Positions 14,517 through 29,360 of a stretch of DNA of 64,000 nucleotides are shown here, in pieces. Within the stretch, counting starts at the first letter, position 1. The number at the start of each line of letters is the position of its first letter. The stretch is from NCBI GenBank assembly GCA_023213395.1, contig CM041465.1, positions 89,349,741 to 89,413,740 of the forward strand. The letters are read 5' to 3'. The position numbers and the translations under genes are program-made. Source of the DNA: Cycas panzhihuaensis (Eukaryota > Plantae > Cycadophyta). Under the pieces are notes generated by a model, which made no database searches, was not told the DNA's origin, and saw nothing but the letters and a program-made list of their open reading frames with translations.

Positions 14517-15100
14517 TGTTTATCCTAATATTCTCTTTAATTTCACATATAAGGAGATTAAAAGTCATAATAGAAATAGTAATGATCTCACTTTATTGAT
14601 ATGAAACCCCAAAATATTATAGAAAAGACCATACAAAGGGCACTAAAACATTATATAATAGTATATTCTTACAAAAGCTTACAAGACATAATGGTCCTTA
14701 CATTTACATTAAAATTTAAATAAGAAGCCAAGGCCTCTTCCATAGGATTCATATTGGTGGAGCAAATGACCTTAATTTTATTAGCATGCATAATAACCCA
14801 AACACAAGAGTTAATATTTAACATTAACCTTTAGTCACTTGGTAACATACTTGAGGTTTGGTTTCGCTGGTGATAGAGGGTTATGTAATAGGTCCCCTCC
14901 TCTGAGAAGGTGCATCTGTTACTTAATAAATTTTATGGATTCCTAAGTTACATCTTTAGCTTTATAATTGTCCCATTACACCAAATACTTAGGGATAGTC
15001 TAGTTCTAGAGGTAGTATTATTGATGATTTACAATACAGTCTAGTAGGACTATGAGGAATTATTTTTCATTGAGTATCAGAAGGATAGTCTAGGGAACCA
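14517..15100 (-). mobile_element. 3' end of a chromovirus-type Gypsy: LTR ~14517-14889, PPT, chromodomain remnant
   Basis: LTR homologous to 42357-42727; PPT rc ggtcccctcctct at 14891-14903; rc reads KYLV*WDNYKAKD. Confidence 0.65.
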
Positions 15101-17018
15101 CCATGTTGCCTAGATATTTTTTAGATAAAAAACATAAAAAACATTATGGGTTCAAGTATTAGGAAGAAGCTCCAAGGCATAAGTAACTCCTCTGAGCTAT
15201 TGGAGTACCTTATAAAGACCATAATAATAGGGGCTAAGTTTATGGTATTTATTCTTGATAATGAATTATTATTTATAGGGCTAAGGGCAAAGAAGAACTA
15301 GGTTATTAATAGAAAAAGATCAATTAGAACATTGGCACTCAATAAGTTGTTTCATATGATTTTGAGTGAAAGATAATTCTACTTAATGGTATGTAAAACT
15401 TGGTCCATATCTAGGCGTTTCTATTGGGCCATAACTCTTTAGAGGTTTATGGCCAAGGTATGAAGGGATGGTGGGGGATAGTCATAGAGAGCCATAAATG
15501 GGGGTATGGCAATGGCTAAGTGGTGAGAGGAGATATACCAATACTTTACGAAAGCTAATTAAGAAGTCTATATATTTTAATGTTCAAAGGCAAAGTAGCA
15601 TAGATAAGTTTCCAATGACTTATTGAGGATTTTTTATTAGTCATTAGTTTATGGATGGTATGCTAAGATTATATTAAATAAAGTGTTTGATGTGTGAAAG
15701 AGTACTTGCCAAAATGAACTAGTGAATTTAGGGTTCTTATCAAATACTATGGTTAAGAGGAATCCATGTAGGAAAAAAATAATTTAGATATAGATGTTAG
15801 TAATATGAGAGGCGTTAGAAGATATGTGGATAGGTAAAAAAAGAGCATATTTAGTTAGTAGATCAATGATTATTAAAATAAAGTTGAATTAGATAAATGA
15901 AGATAGGTCTATTATAAATTCCATAGCAATGTCTTACCTTATGGAATGCGTAAGGGTTGGATCAGGCTTGACTAAGCCTTAATTTTGATTTAATTCCTTT
16001 AATAGGTATTACATTATAAAATAAATATAAGAATTATGGATTTAATGTGGGACTATTAGAAGTTAGACTAGATATAATAATATATTTTATTAAACCTTGA
16101 GTGTCCTCGTAAGGGGATGGAATGGTACTTGGCTAAAATACAAGGGATAAAAAAGTATGCATGATGAATAATAATGTGGTTCCTATACAATAGGTGATTG
16201 TAATGCATTGTCTAATGCTTTAGGTACTAATTTTTAAGACCCATTAAGCATAGTCAGGTTGGGAGTGGTTATTAAGGGCCAATTCAGTTAACCATATTAG
16301 TTGAGGTTGGGAGATGGTATGAATTGTAGGTTTAGAGGGGAGGCAAGAGAGAGTATCAATAACTACATTTTCTTTACCTTTCTTATAAGTGATGGTAAAA
16401 TCAAATACTTGAAGATGATTGATCCATTTTTCTTGTTCTTTTGATAGAACTAGTTAGTTCAGAAGATAACGAAGGTTGTGATGGTTAGTTAAGATAGTAC
16501 ATTTGGACTTGAGTAGATATTATCACTACTTATTTATGGCATGTAGGATGAATTTCATTTATTTTTAATATGTTGATCATTTAGATTCATGGTCCTTGAT
16601 CTTATGACTTTCAAATTCTATTGGGTGAAGATTCTACATAAAAACTATAACCAAATTGAGTCTAAAAGCATTACACTCTAGTTGGAAGAGTTAGGAGAAA
16701 TTGAGGGTATTAAGGAGTAGGGTAGATGCCATGATTATATTAAGATTCTCCAAGGCATCATTTATAGCTTACAAACAGTAAAATAAGTCCTTTTGAAGCA
16801 GATGTATCAAAGGAGCTATATGAGAGGCATATTTCTTAATAAATCACTAATAAAATCTTATAAACCCTAAGAAATTATGTAATTGTATGAGACTTTTATA
16901 TGTAGGCCATATAGTGATGATTAAAAATTTGATTAGTGAAATAATATGCCTTAAATATTATAGTTTGGATTTACCAAATTCACATTTAGACAATTTGGCA
17001 TATAGTTAATGCTACATA

Positions 17019-20000
17019 TATTGGGGTTAATGTTCCTCACCCCACTCCCATCTTAGAAACATGTGCGTGCACATATGTTAATAGTAAATTAGGTAAGTTT
17101 ATTTTAATGTTAAGTTGTGAATTATTTTATGTTTATTTAAACTTTATAGGTTGAGGAGGTTTCCCTCCTCCCTCACAACTATATATTCTATGAGGTTCTA
17201 AACACTAGTGTTCTTTAACACCACCTGCTTTGGAATATTTATATACTCTTCAACTATGGCTTGAATACAATGATATATTTTAAATGCATTTTCAATATGG
17301 ATTGAGATCAATGTTTACCTACTCTGCTATGCCCTCTACTACATTTATAACATTTAGTATCAGAGCTTATTGATCTTGGTTCGCTAACATTTAGTATCAG
17401 AGTAAATCCTAGTACATAGCTTCTAACTCTTCATTCACTCAATAAAAATACAACATAAGACTGCTTGTTGGACTCCTTGTAGGCTAATCTATTCAATAAA
17501 GAACATGGTTTGAGATTTCATCATCTATGAAAGGCGATATTGTGATTTAAATTTGTGATCTTCAATATTTAATAATAGTTTATTCTTCATAATTTTATAT
17601 GCATAAATATATTTTATTATTTGGACTTCCATTTATATTGATTTAAGGAGATCTATTATGTGAAAGCCACCCTTATTCATAGATGTTTTTGGAAAATATT
17701 TTAGTGATCTATATAAAGGATTCAAAGATCTGTTGGAGGTAAACTTTGGTGAAAGTAAGATTCAAAAGTAACATTTATTAAATATTTTATTTATTTTTGA
17801 CATTATTTATTATATAGTTTTTGAGAAATATTTGATATTTTGATACTTAAAAAATTATTTAATTAGTATTTCTTTAATATTTGTAGTCAAATTGATTGTA
17901 TTTAGCACTGCAATAGGTTGGTTTAATTATTTTTCAAATTTATTTGATAAATATCATATTTTCCATCATTTTTCACTATTTTTCAAGGGTTTTGTAAGGC
18001 TCTATTCTTCTCAATACAAGTTTTTTTTTTCAAAACTTTCATATTTCCTAGGTATCTCTCATCATTGCATCCCTTCATCTAAATTTTTGTCTCATTCCAA
18101 GTCCATTTGATTCCCCATTAGGGTTCAACACTCCAACTTTAGTTTGTCATTTTTGCGTGCAAGTCACACATACCTTAAAAAAGGTACCTATGTTATTTTT
18201 ATGATATTTCTACAACTGTTTATCCGATTTATGAACCATTTAAAGCGTAAAAAATTTGATTTATAGATCTACAGTTTAGAGTCATCATTTACTTGATTTG
18301 AGAAATTTTTTATAGAGTTTGATTAGGTCAAATTTAACCTTCTTTCTACACTTATTTGAGTTATCACAAAAGGGTCTGTTTACTGTTTATTCAATAACTT
18401 AATTATTATAGCTCTATTTTTTAAACTGTAAGAATCAACAGAAAGGATTTTTAGTGATTTATATATTAGAACTAGTTTCATATTATTTTGATACTATTTT
18501 ATAAGTGCTTACAACTCCTTAATTTAAAGCTCTATTTCAGCCATAATTAAGCAAGTTTGTGATATTTTTTGAGCTATTTTTTTCACATTTGAATAGTATT
18601 TACTGCTAATTAGTTTCTTGAGGATATTTACTAGTTTTTCATAAGATTATAAGTTGATTTGTAGCTTTTTAGCATCAATTTAGCTTCTTGAGGATCAAGA
18701 GGCCTACACAGATTAATACATCAAATTAGTATCACTTACCTTGACCATTTATTTTACTTCACATTTTCATTTGAATATAGAATAATTTTTTGATCTTATT
18801 AGATCATTTCAAGTATTATATCTTCTTAGAAATTTTAAGATATACCTAGTTTACTTCTGAATTTATAAAGGAATTTCTTATCATTTAATTTATACTAGTA
18901 TAAAAAATATTCTTTCTATATCTTAAAGTCATTTATTTAGCTTAAAAGGCATTGTAAATGGCACAATGACAAGTTCTTTTACTCATTTTATACTTTTAAG
19001 TTTATTTGATATTCTAAGATTTAAGAGTATTTAAATATTGAAGGTTCTATTGATTCATTACATCACTTAGAGAAGGTGTATATAGTATTCTTATTTACAA
19101 AGAGCATCTCAATTTGAAAGTTATTAGATTACATATAATCATTCAAGGAACATATTTGATTGAAGATATATTCATTTAAAAATTTATATTTTAAGCTTCT
19201 TGATTTACTAGTAGAAGGCATATTTGAATTTCTTTAAATCCATTGTATTTGAAAGTTGAAAGGTACATAATAGTGCATAGCTATAAACTTATTCTTTTAC
19301 ACTTTTAAGCATTTTAAGGCACACTCCATTAAGCATTTTATTTTTAAGATTAACATATTTATTATCACTTAAAATGATCATTTACTTTACATTCTTTAAG
19401 AAATTTCTTAGCTATTTGATTAAGAAGGTATTTGAACATTAAAATAAATTAAAGTTTCATTTATTTGAGTTCTTATTTTTTAGCTCTTTATTATTCAATC
19501 AATTTTTTTGAAAGAAGTACATTAAGTTTGCTTTGAAAATGAAGCTTGTTACGTTATTTTGCATATTCTTTTCAGAGGAGCATTTACCATTCTCAATTCA
19601 AAAGGATATTTGATTGCATATTTATTTTATTCAATAAAGAAATATTTATCATGCTTTATTCTTTTATGTTTTGAATAGTGAAATTTATTCTAAAGCATCA
19701 TTTGTTATTTTTTATTTGAGGATTACTCTTCTTATTTGTTTATTAAAAATCATATTTTTTGATCATGTACTAAAGTCATTTATACAATGGTAATGAATCT
19801 AAGTAACATAAGGTTTCCTACATTTGATTGAAATGATTTTTAACTATGGAATACAATAATGAAATCATACTTTATTTCAAATGACCTTTGGAAACATGTA
19901 AAAGACAGATATAAACTAAATATTAAAGAAGATATAAAAAAGGACAATGAAGCCCTAGTACTATTATTTTGTAGTACAGATAACAATATATTTTTTAATG

Positions 20001-20824
20001 TTTATGAAATAACCATAACCAAATCTATATGGGATACTTTAGAATTGATTTATGGGGGAGATACCTTAGAATTTAATATTACTAATTACATTGATGATGG
20101 TTTTCTTGTGAGACAAATATTAGAGTAGGTGCATTTTAATGAAAAGACTAATATTACTTGTACTAGTATAGATTTTAATAAAAGTAATGACTCTAATGTT
20201 ACATTTAGTGAGATGATATATACCTTGGGCTTAGCTAAAGTAAAAGATAAAGATCAAGACAAAGCTATCTCTACTCATTCAAATCAAGATATACCTACTT
20301 GAAAACCATTTAAACCATATAATATTAAAGAAACACACTTTGTCGAAAGGATGATAAGGCAAGTTATTGATTACATCAATGATGATGATGATCAAGCTAA
20401 AGGATAAGTATTCAAAGTCTTTCTTAAGTATTTATTCCATAAGTTTAAGGAGAAATAAAAGATGATTATGATGAACATTAAGGGGGAGTATGTTGGGGTT
20501 AATATTCTTTACCAAACTCCTACCTTAGAAACATGTGAGTGCACACATATTAATGGTAAGTTAGGTAAATTTATTTTAATGTTAAGTTATATATTATTTT
20601 ATATTTATTTAAATTTTATAGGTTGAGGAGGTTTCTATCCTCCCTCACAACTATATATTCTATGGGATTCTAAACCCTGATGTTCTTTAACACCACCTAC
20701 TTTGGAATATTTATATACTCTTTAACTATGGATTGAATACAATGATGTATTTCTAATGCATTTTCAATATGGATTGAGATTAATATTTACCTGCTTCACT
20801 CCGCTCTCTGCTACATTTCCAACA
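17019..20824 (+). mobile_element. Non-autonomous Copia-derived LTR element (Gag-N-terminus only; TR-GAG/LARD-like)
   Basis: 334-bp LTRs 17019-17352 and 20491-20824; TSD ACATA/ATATA; PBS tttagtatcagagc 17353-17366, duplicated at 17390-17402; PPT agggggag 20481-20488; no pol. Confidence 0.9.
19787..20490 (+). pseudogene. gag: Truncated gag-like ORF (Copia Gag N-terminal/UBN2-like) with an RNase-H-tail-like C-terminus
   Basis: FPTFD..MKSYFISNDLWKHV..KDNEALVLL..TKSIWDTLELIYGG; ends FKVFLKYLFHKFKEK..IKGE at the PPT. Confidence 0.75.
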
Positions 20825-21584
20825 ATATAAGGATTTAAAAGATATCTTCTAAATGTTAGATGCATTGTACCATATAGGAACTATATACAAGCATGCCATC
20901 TAAAAAAATAATGATAAATTTTTATAAGTAGAGGAGAAAGATTTTATTTATTAATGCTTAGAATGCAGCTAGGGTGTTATAAAGGCTAAAGGGCATGGCC
21001 TAACACTCAAAATAGCTATGAAATTTTTGAAAGGCTATCTTATATTGATCTAAAAAGACAATGGGAATTTGGTAGTAGCTAAATTAAAGATTTAGCTTAG
21101 AAAATATGGTGGTGCTATGGATCTCATCTAATATGTTATTAATCTAAAGGGTAGAGAACTTATTTTTTATAGTGATTTTATTAAGTTTGTGATAATTGAA
21201 CCATAGTTAATAAGATACATATTTTTTTATAATTAAACTAAAGTTAATAAGTTTATAATAATTGAACCAAAATTAATAAGATCTATCCTTTTTAGGTACT
21301 AATACAGTGGGAGCCACATACATGCCTTTATTAGGTTGGATAATGCATATGTCCATCAATTTGTTCATTATGGTTTCAATTTCATTCTTCTAATGATATA
21401 AATTCTAATAAGCTAGAGGCTGATGGGGTTATGTAGATTTTTAAGTTTGATCATATGATAATAGTCATGGTATAGAGGAGGATTACTAAGAAGGGGGGTA
21501 AAAATAGATTGGTACTTAGTGAGGATGGGCTAGATATCTATATGAATTTTAGTACGAGGTTGAATGCTATTAATACATACTCTA

Positions 21585-21691
21585 TGTTGGATGTGGTATT
21601 GGAGTGATACCACATCTTGGGAGAAGAAATTTGAGACATAAAGATGGACAATGAAAATAAACTCTACTTGTTATATTACAATATAAAATAT

Positions 21692-21730
<39 letters not shown>

Positions 21731-22700
21731 GTATACTTATATATATGTGATATCTTTTAAGATCAATAATGGTGTGCTCTTTATAGCTTGGCATACAAAC
21801 CAAGATGCTACTTGCACACATATTAAGATGAGTACAATATAATAATCAAAAGAATCCTAAGGATTATAAGAGCATAAAGGGGAGATCTACATAATAATTA
21901 ATGAATTAAATATTAGTCTAAATATTAAGCCTAATATTTCTCCCTTTTAATATTTAATTCATGATTTTCATATTTGCTAGTCTTGTTGCTTTATTTTCTT
22001 ACTATTGTAGCTACTCCAAGATACATAAAATCTTTATCGAATTTCCAATGTCCATATGAATATAACTCCATTTACTAGATCACATTGGTAACCAACCAAT
22101 GTGACCACTAGTTCTATAGGTAGTCACTTTAGTTGCATGGTTTGATCAACTCCTTAACTAGCACTACTCTAAGAACACACCATCTTACATGGCCTATCGA
22201 GTATGCTAAAATCATGTAAGAGTAATTAGAAAGAGTGTGTCCTATCTCTTACTAAATAAGACTATAAGGAAGCTTTCTTTGGCATCTAATAGCTAAAAAT
22301 ACAACAATGGATACTGTGGCATTAAAATTTCAACTATAGGCTCTAAATCATACCTCAATGGGCTACAATCATGCCACTATAGGCTACAACATGCCTTTAT
22401 GGGCTTTACAACATACCCCTATGGGCTTCATCATGCCACTATAGGCTTACAAATAAAGACCTTAATACATAAGAGGTCTTAGTAGCTAAATAAGGCTATA
22501 AGCATGGGGGCTTCATTGATCTCTTAAAGGATGCAATGCCAATAATTTTAATGCATCATAAATCATATATAGTAGAATTTTATAAAGGATATACACATGT
22601 ATATCATGCTCATATAACTTAAGTGAATCTCACACAAAAAAGTGACTAGACTAAGATATTTGTCTCTTATAGTTGTCACTTGTAGTTAATCATCACCTGC
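21585..22700 (-). mobile_element. LTR (21585-21936) plus adjacent internal fragment of a truncated element
   Basis: tgttgg...ctaata followed by PPT rc tttctccctt; ~20-bp repeats (gggctacaatcatgccactat) at 22330-22450 resembling 1250-1310; right end approximate. Confidence 0.55.
21693..21730. repeat. (CA)n(TA)n microsatellite
   Basis: Directly visible. Confidence 0.95.
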
Positions 22701-24540
22701 TATTATTAAAAGTAGACTCCCTCTTGATTCTAAACTCTTTAAATTTGTCACACATCTTTGGCTTTTAACATTTAGCCAACATGTGTAATGCCTTGTCTAA
22801 GGTCTTACATGCTAAATCAATAATTATATCATCATTGGTCACCTCGCAGGGTGACAAAAATCACTGAACTTAGCCATTGTAGGTTTAATTTTTAAATGGA
22901 ATTATATGACATAACATTAGACTTTAGTCGTCATGCAAGATATTAGTGTTAAATTATTAAACATGGCCTTCAAGACCTTATATGGCATCAAATGATACAT
23001 TATTGAGTGTTTAAATTTTTTTTTACTCAACTTTAGACTTCATTTTTGCTTATAAGACAAACTTAAATGGTGTTAAATAAGTAGTCATTTTGAAGAGGGG
23101 TGAAATAGGATTCCAACATTATTGACAAAATCAAAATCAGAGTCCATATAAAGAAGATATAAAGAAAATAGTATAATCAAGTGCTTAAAAATAAAAATAC
23201 CTTTAAAAAAGGCACTTAACCCTTTTAACATTGGACTCTTAGTCATGCTGCCACCTCCATATGACCATTTAGTAATGGATAAGGAGTTGTGGACTTTAGA
23301 CAATATTTAAATTTAGTTAAATTTTTCAAAAAACTTTAAAAATTTTTAATGCAATGATAAATCTAAAAATAACTCTAATTAAACTAAAATTTTTTAAATG
23401 ACTTCTAAAAAAATAAAGTGCTAATGAAAATTTTATGGCCTTTTTTTTTATCTTTCATTTCAATTTTGTGTTTGCATTGTAGGTCATGATGTTAGTGGTA
23501 GCTATTATTTAAGGATAGATTGAAGCAAATGATGACGAACAATATAGGGTGGCATGTTTGTAGGTCATAGGTTAGTGCGATTTGCAAGAGCTATTGGGTG
23601 TGATGTCGCCATTGCTGGAAAATGCCTCTCTTAGAGATTGATCATCAATTGAATATAAAAGTTCTCCAACATAGAACTTTGAGGACATGTAATGAGTAAT
23701 ATGTTAGAACTAATATGTTATGAATTGTCTTAGAAGGCTTCCTAGTTTGGTTGTAAAAGTCATAGCTGCTAATTCAATATTTGAATCATAATATATCTCC
23801 ATGCAAATAATGTGTTCAATGGGCTATATAGTATGTCATAGATTAGAGCAGAGACTATATCTTCATGGCCTACTAACTTCTACGATTCCACTTCCAAGTG
23901 AAAGATAATGGGTATATGCCTATTTTTGCGATATCTTTATTCTTCTTAAACTCTAGCTTTAGTGAGGCTTTATTTATTGTATCCTGTTCTACCTATGGTA
24001 TGTCATCGATGTACCTAATGCCTTGCATATTATGCATAGATCCTAATTACTCCTAACCATCATTTTCAAGTAATAACACCATCATAAACTTGAAGAAAAT
24101 GAAGTAGTCTTGTTAGAGATGGGGCTTATCAAATGGACACAGCCAGAACTTTGTAAAGAGAGGGTTTGTGCCCTAGAAAAACACAGATATTAGAAGAGTA
24201 AACAAAGCCCTTTGGAATAAAGCCAAAGAGATCAACATAACACCAAGTTCAATTATAATGCATAAACAAAATATACATAGCTACCCTTCTAACCAATACG
24301 AGATAGAATATGAAATCTCCCAGATCTATCTTGATTACATTTATTGCTAGCTTGAAATACTCTACTTCTTTCCATAAATTAACAACTAAAACTTATTATT
24401 TATAGGTAGACTCCATGGATATATTTTAAAAGGCATGCAAAGATCACATGCAAGTTCACTTGTATAAACCTAGAAATAGGTAGAATTTCATCTTTGAAAT
24501 AGGTGAAATTTAGTAGTATTAACCATATATACTTTGCTCA

Positions 24541-24804
24541 TTTGATAGTGGCATATTAACCATATATATTATGGACATTTGATAAATACTACAAAGGTTA
24601 TATTTATTGTTGAATACAGAGATATCATAGTGGATATAATGCAGACAGAAAACTCATAATTATAGAATAGAATTTGATAGTGGCATATTGACCATATATA
24701 TTATGGTCCTTTGACAAATACTATAGAGTCTATATTTATTACTGAATACAGAGACATCATAGTGGATAGAATGTAGACAAAAAACTCACAATTATAGAAT
24801 AGAA
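24541..24804. repeat. Tandem duplication, 2 x 132 bp
   Basis: tttgatagtggcatatt...attatagaatagaa at 24541-24672 and 24673-24804. Confidence 0.9.
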
Positions 24805-25082
24805 AATAGCCAAATATATTGACTAAAATAAGAGATACATTGACAGAAAAGAGAAAAAAATAATAAATATTTAAGCTGTTAGGATGGCTAGTCCCATGTG
24901 CTCACTTTCACTTTAGTGGACTTCCAAAATAATCCTTTTATAGGCTGGATTTGTAGCTTTAAATTAACAACTTTGCTTTTCACTCTTCAACATTTAACAC
25001 TTCAAAGAAACTTGTTGTTGGCACATGAATCCTCCTCCTCATAAAATAAAATCTACTAAGAAAAAAGATTATGGCATGATTA

Positions 25083-25094
25083 TGTGTGTGTGTG

Positions 25095-25143
<49 letters not shown>

Positions 25144-25170
25144 CTATATGTGTATGTGTGTACATATATA
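25083..25170. repeat. Compound (TG)n-TATA-(CA)n microsatellite
   Basis: Directly visible; self-complementary around gtatac. Confidence 0.95.
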
Positions 25171-25909
25171 TAGAGTAACCATATTACTTGACATCTGGGT
25201 GATATCATTCTAAGCGATAGTGAAATCACTCTACATGGTGATGAACTAGGTCTCTAAAACTAAAATTTTATCTACCTGTGCTAGTGCCATCATTTGGATA
25301 AATATAAGCTACTGAAGGAGAAGGGAATTCTATAAAAAGGATTAGAAAGATAGAATGGGATAAATGATTTAGGAAGATATAGAAAGAAAGGGGGCTACAG
25401 AATTGAGAAGTGATTTAAGGGAAAGAGAAAAAAGGAAAGGGGGTGGGTGTTTATAGCCTATCAACCTTTAAAAAATGTGTAATGAATTCACTTAAAATAC
25501 TAAAATAAGTGTAGAGAGCTTGTCAAAATAGGGTAGATGAGTTTTAATGGAGCTGGAGGAGCAGAGCAGGACTTCAAAAATATTGCATCTTGAGTAAACT
25601 GGTGATTTCTGATAATTGGTGGTGTTAAAAAACACCAGGGAGGTATTCCCATCCCTTAAATAGTGGATTTTGAGGAGGCGTCAAGCACCATCACCCTACG
25701 TGCACGTTAGCCAATGTAAATTTAAAATATATTAAAAAATTAAAACAAATAAATGAAAGTGTGTACCTTAAGATAGTGGTGTCAACTCCTAGTGGCTATT
25801 GGAAGGCTCAAGGTGCCCTAGGGGCCCTTAAAGGTGGCTTTGAGGGGCCCTAAGCGCACAGGTCTTTAAATAACATTGAGATTATTCCCAATAGTCTCCC
25901 CCATAAGCC

Positions 25910-28900
25910 TAATGTGTATGACTCCTAAATTGTATTTAAACTTCTCAAATTTGACCTTTCCCAAAGCTTTTGTAAAAATATCTATTGTTTGATTTTCAGT
26001 ACTGCAATAAGTCAACTCTATCTCATCTTCTTATACAAGTTCTTAAATGAAGTGGTGTTGAGTCTCAATATGTTTTGTTCTACTATAAAATACCAGATTT
26101 TTGGCCATTTAAATAGTACTTTGATTGTCATACCAAATCCTAGTGGGACCTTGTTGTTTAATTTAAAAATTCTGTAAAAGTCTTCTTAACCATATTGATT
26201 CACAAGCTCCTAAAATTGTGGCTTTATACTCTACTTCGGCTATGGATAAGGAAATGGTATTTTGTTTCTTTGTACTCCAAGATATCACTGCTAATCCCAT
26301 ACTGAATACATAACCCATGGTAGATTTTCTATCATCAATATCACTAGCCCAATCTGAATTTGTGTAACCAGTTAACTGAAATTTGGATGTAGCTTTGTAG
26401 TATAACCCAAATTCTGGAGTCTTTTTAAGGTATCTAAGGATTCATCTTACTAATGAGATGTCTTTGGATCTTACATAAACCTGGACACAATATTAATTGA
26501 ATATGTTATATCTGTCTAAGTAGAAGTCAAATATATTAGGCTACCAATGAGTTGTCTATAGAGTGTGGGATCAACCGAAGTCAAGTCATCTGTCTTAGAA
26601 AGTTTGATTCTAATTTATGCTGGTATTATCAATGGTTTACAATTTGTCATTTTAAATCTTTGTAGTAGATCCAATATATATTTACGCTGAGAAATAAATA
26701 TTCCTTATTTGTCCTGTCAGGCTTCTAATCGTAGGAAGTAATGCATAAGGCCTAAGTCTGTCATTTCAAATTCCTTACATATAGCATCTTTAAACTGATG
26801 TAAAAGATGGGAGTCATTTCTAGTATAAATTAAATCGTCCACATAGAGTCCTACAATCAATATCAAATTTCCCTTAATTTCGGTGTATAGGTTTGGATAT
26901 GCTTGAGATCTTTCAAACCTTTGATCTTTAAAATACTTGTTTATATGGGAATACCAAGCCTTGGGTGCTTGTTTTAGACTATATAGTGTCTTCTTTAATT
27001 TGTACACTTTGTTTTCTTCCACCTTAACTTCAAAACCAAGGGGTTGAGTGACATAGATATCTTCTTTGAGATAACCATTTAAGAAAACACTTTTTACACC
27101 TATTTGATGAACTTTCCAACCCATTTGGGTGACTAAACTTATTATCATGATAATAGATTCCATCCTAACGACTGGGATAAATGTTTCTATATAGTTAATG
27201 CCTTCTATTTGGGCATATCCTTTAGAAACTAAACGAGGTTTATATTTATCAATGGAGTCATCATAGTGGAACTTGGTCTTATAGACCCATTTGGTGCCAA
27301 TAGCTTTCTTCTTTGGTGGTAAATCTACAAGTTCCCAAGTATCATTCTTAATGATGGACTTATATTCCTCTTTCATGGCCTTCTGCCAACATTCATATTG
27401 ATTAGCCTCATCAAAGGTTTGAGACTCATGAATTCCGAGGACCTTACTCATTAGTGCAAAGTTGACCCTTCATGAGCATGTAGATCTTCTATTGTTATCC
27501 AATATATTTCCTAAGTCATAGTTGCATTGAACCCATTTGGGTAGATGTCATGATGGAGGTCGAGATAATGTTTCTTCCCTAGTGGGTTCCTGGATATTTC
27601 TCCACATAGGAGGCACATATTTAGATTTATTTGATGTGTCAAATCTAATGGCAATATCCTTCTATTGTTCTTGATTAGCTTGGTAGTAGTTGTCTTCTTG
27701 AAATTCTACATCTCTACTCACTATAACTTTTTTTGATTTCGAATCATAAACTTTGTAAGATTTTGAGGATTCACTATATCCAATAAAGATACATTTTACA
27801 CTATGGTCATCCAATTTAGTTCTTCTTTGATCAAGAATATGGGCATAGGCTAGACATCCAAATACCCTAAGATGATGTATACTTGGTTTATAACTGGTCC
27901 ATGCTTCTTTTGGAGTTTTCCACTTAAGTGCTTTGGTGGAACATCTATTAAGTAGATAGATGACTGTATGAACTACTTCAACCTAAAATTCATGGCCAAA
28001 GTTTTTATCTTTAAGCATACATTGTGCTATTTCTATGATAGTTTAATTTTTTCTTCCTACTATACCATTTTATTGTAGGGTGTAGGGGTTGGTAAGTTGT
28101 CTCCTGATCCCATGACAGATATAATAATCCTCAAAAGTATTAGATGTAAACTCTCCCCTATTATCTAATCTTAGAGAAAGGATATGATATTGACTTTGTC
28201 ACTCAATGAAGGTTTTGAAGTCAACAAAGTGATAAAAAATATCGGATTTATATTTTAGAAAGAACACTCATGTCTTTCTTGTAAAGTCATCAATAAATAT
28301 GAGAAAATACTTGGCACCTACTAAGGAGGGAGTAGTCATTGGTCCACAAATATCTGTGTATACTAATTGAAGGGAGGCAGATGCTCGATGGCTAAAATTT
28401 GGAAAGCTTTCTCTATGTTGTTTGCCAAGAAGGCATCCCTCACACAACTTTTTATTAACATCAATAGGTGGTAAACCATTAACCATGTCTAATCTTTTCA
28501 TAAGAGCTAAACTATTGTAGTTAAGATGACCAAAACGTCGATGCCATAAATCACTATCCATAGTAGTTGAGGTTCTAAGGGCATAGGTATATGAAGGGGT
28601 GAGGATAAGCTTAAATAAACGATCTTTAGTCATTATACCTCTGGCAATAATAGCTTTATTTTTTCTTTTATCTTTGATGACACATTCTCTATTGTTAAAA
28701 ATCACCTTATAATCTTGTCCTATCATCTATCCTACCGATAACAAATTTTTCCTTAGGGTAGGAACGTATAAGAAATTATCTAAGTATCTATTCACCAATA
28801 TCAGTTAACAAGGTTATGTTACCTTTCCCAACTGATTCGTGAGAAGCATTGTCTTCAAATATGATTGACCATTTTTTATTTTTATCCAAGGTTTGAAATA

Positions 28901-29360
28901 AATATTCTTTATGGGTCATGTGAGTTGAGTAACCTAAATCAATATACCATCTATCATCCTCTTCTTTCTTAGTAGAAAAACTAGATAGAAATAATATATT
29001 ATTAATTTTTGATTCTAATGAATTTGAAGGATGTCCTCTAGGGGGTGGTCAATGTTTTAAAAAATATTTATCTTTAGTGTGACCATTTTTATGACAATAA
29101 TTACAATATAATTGATCTCTTCTTCCATAAATAAGGCTTCGACTCCTTGGTTAAGAATGATCAATATTGAAAGATCTCCCCCTTTCGTCATAGAATTAAG
29201 GAGAATTGTTTCTTGGTTAGTTATCACAATAGTCATGAGTTGATCTTGAAAGTTGAGAATTCCCATGACAATGTGGACAATAAGGATGATTCTCAACTTG
29301 TCTCATTTGGTTAGGATTTCTTGGAGCATTAGGATTTCTTACAGGGTTTTTATATTGTTG
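25910..29360 (-). pseudogene. pol: Copia gag C-terminus (zinc knuckle), protease, integrase, RT, RNase H pseudogene
   Basis: YCNYCHKNGHTKD; WYIDLG; LWHRRFGHLN..CEGCLLGKQHR..DICGPM..FIDDFTRK; WVYKTK..LYVDDL; TGYTNSDWAS..SIKWPKIWYF region; stops and frameshifts. Confidence 0.95.

Noticed and set aside
22750-24500. Possible DNA transposon or host exon (ttgtag|gtc at ~23480)
   Set aside because: No TIR/TSD and no sustained reading frame found.
24840-24915. miR156-like words (tgacagaaaagaga ... gtgctcact)
   Set aside because: The mature sequence breaks off into poly(A) and the two arms do not form a proper duplex.
21582-25213. ORFs containing CVCVCV or HTHTHT runs
   Set aside because: Translations of (CA/TG)n microsatellites.
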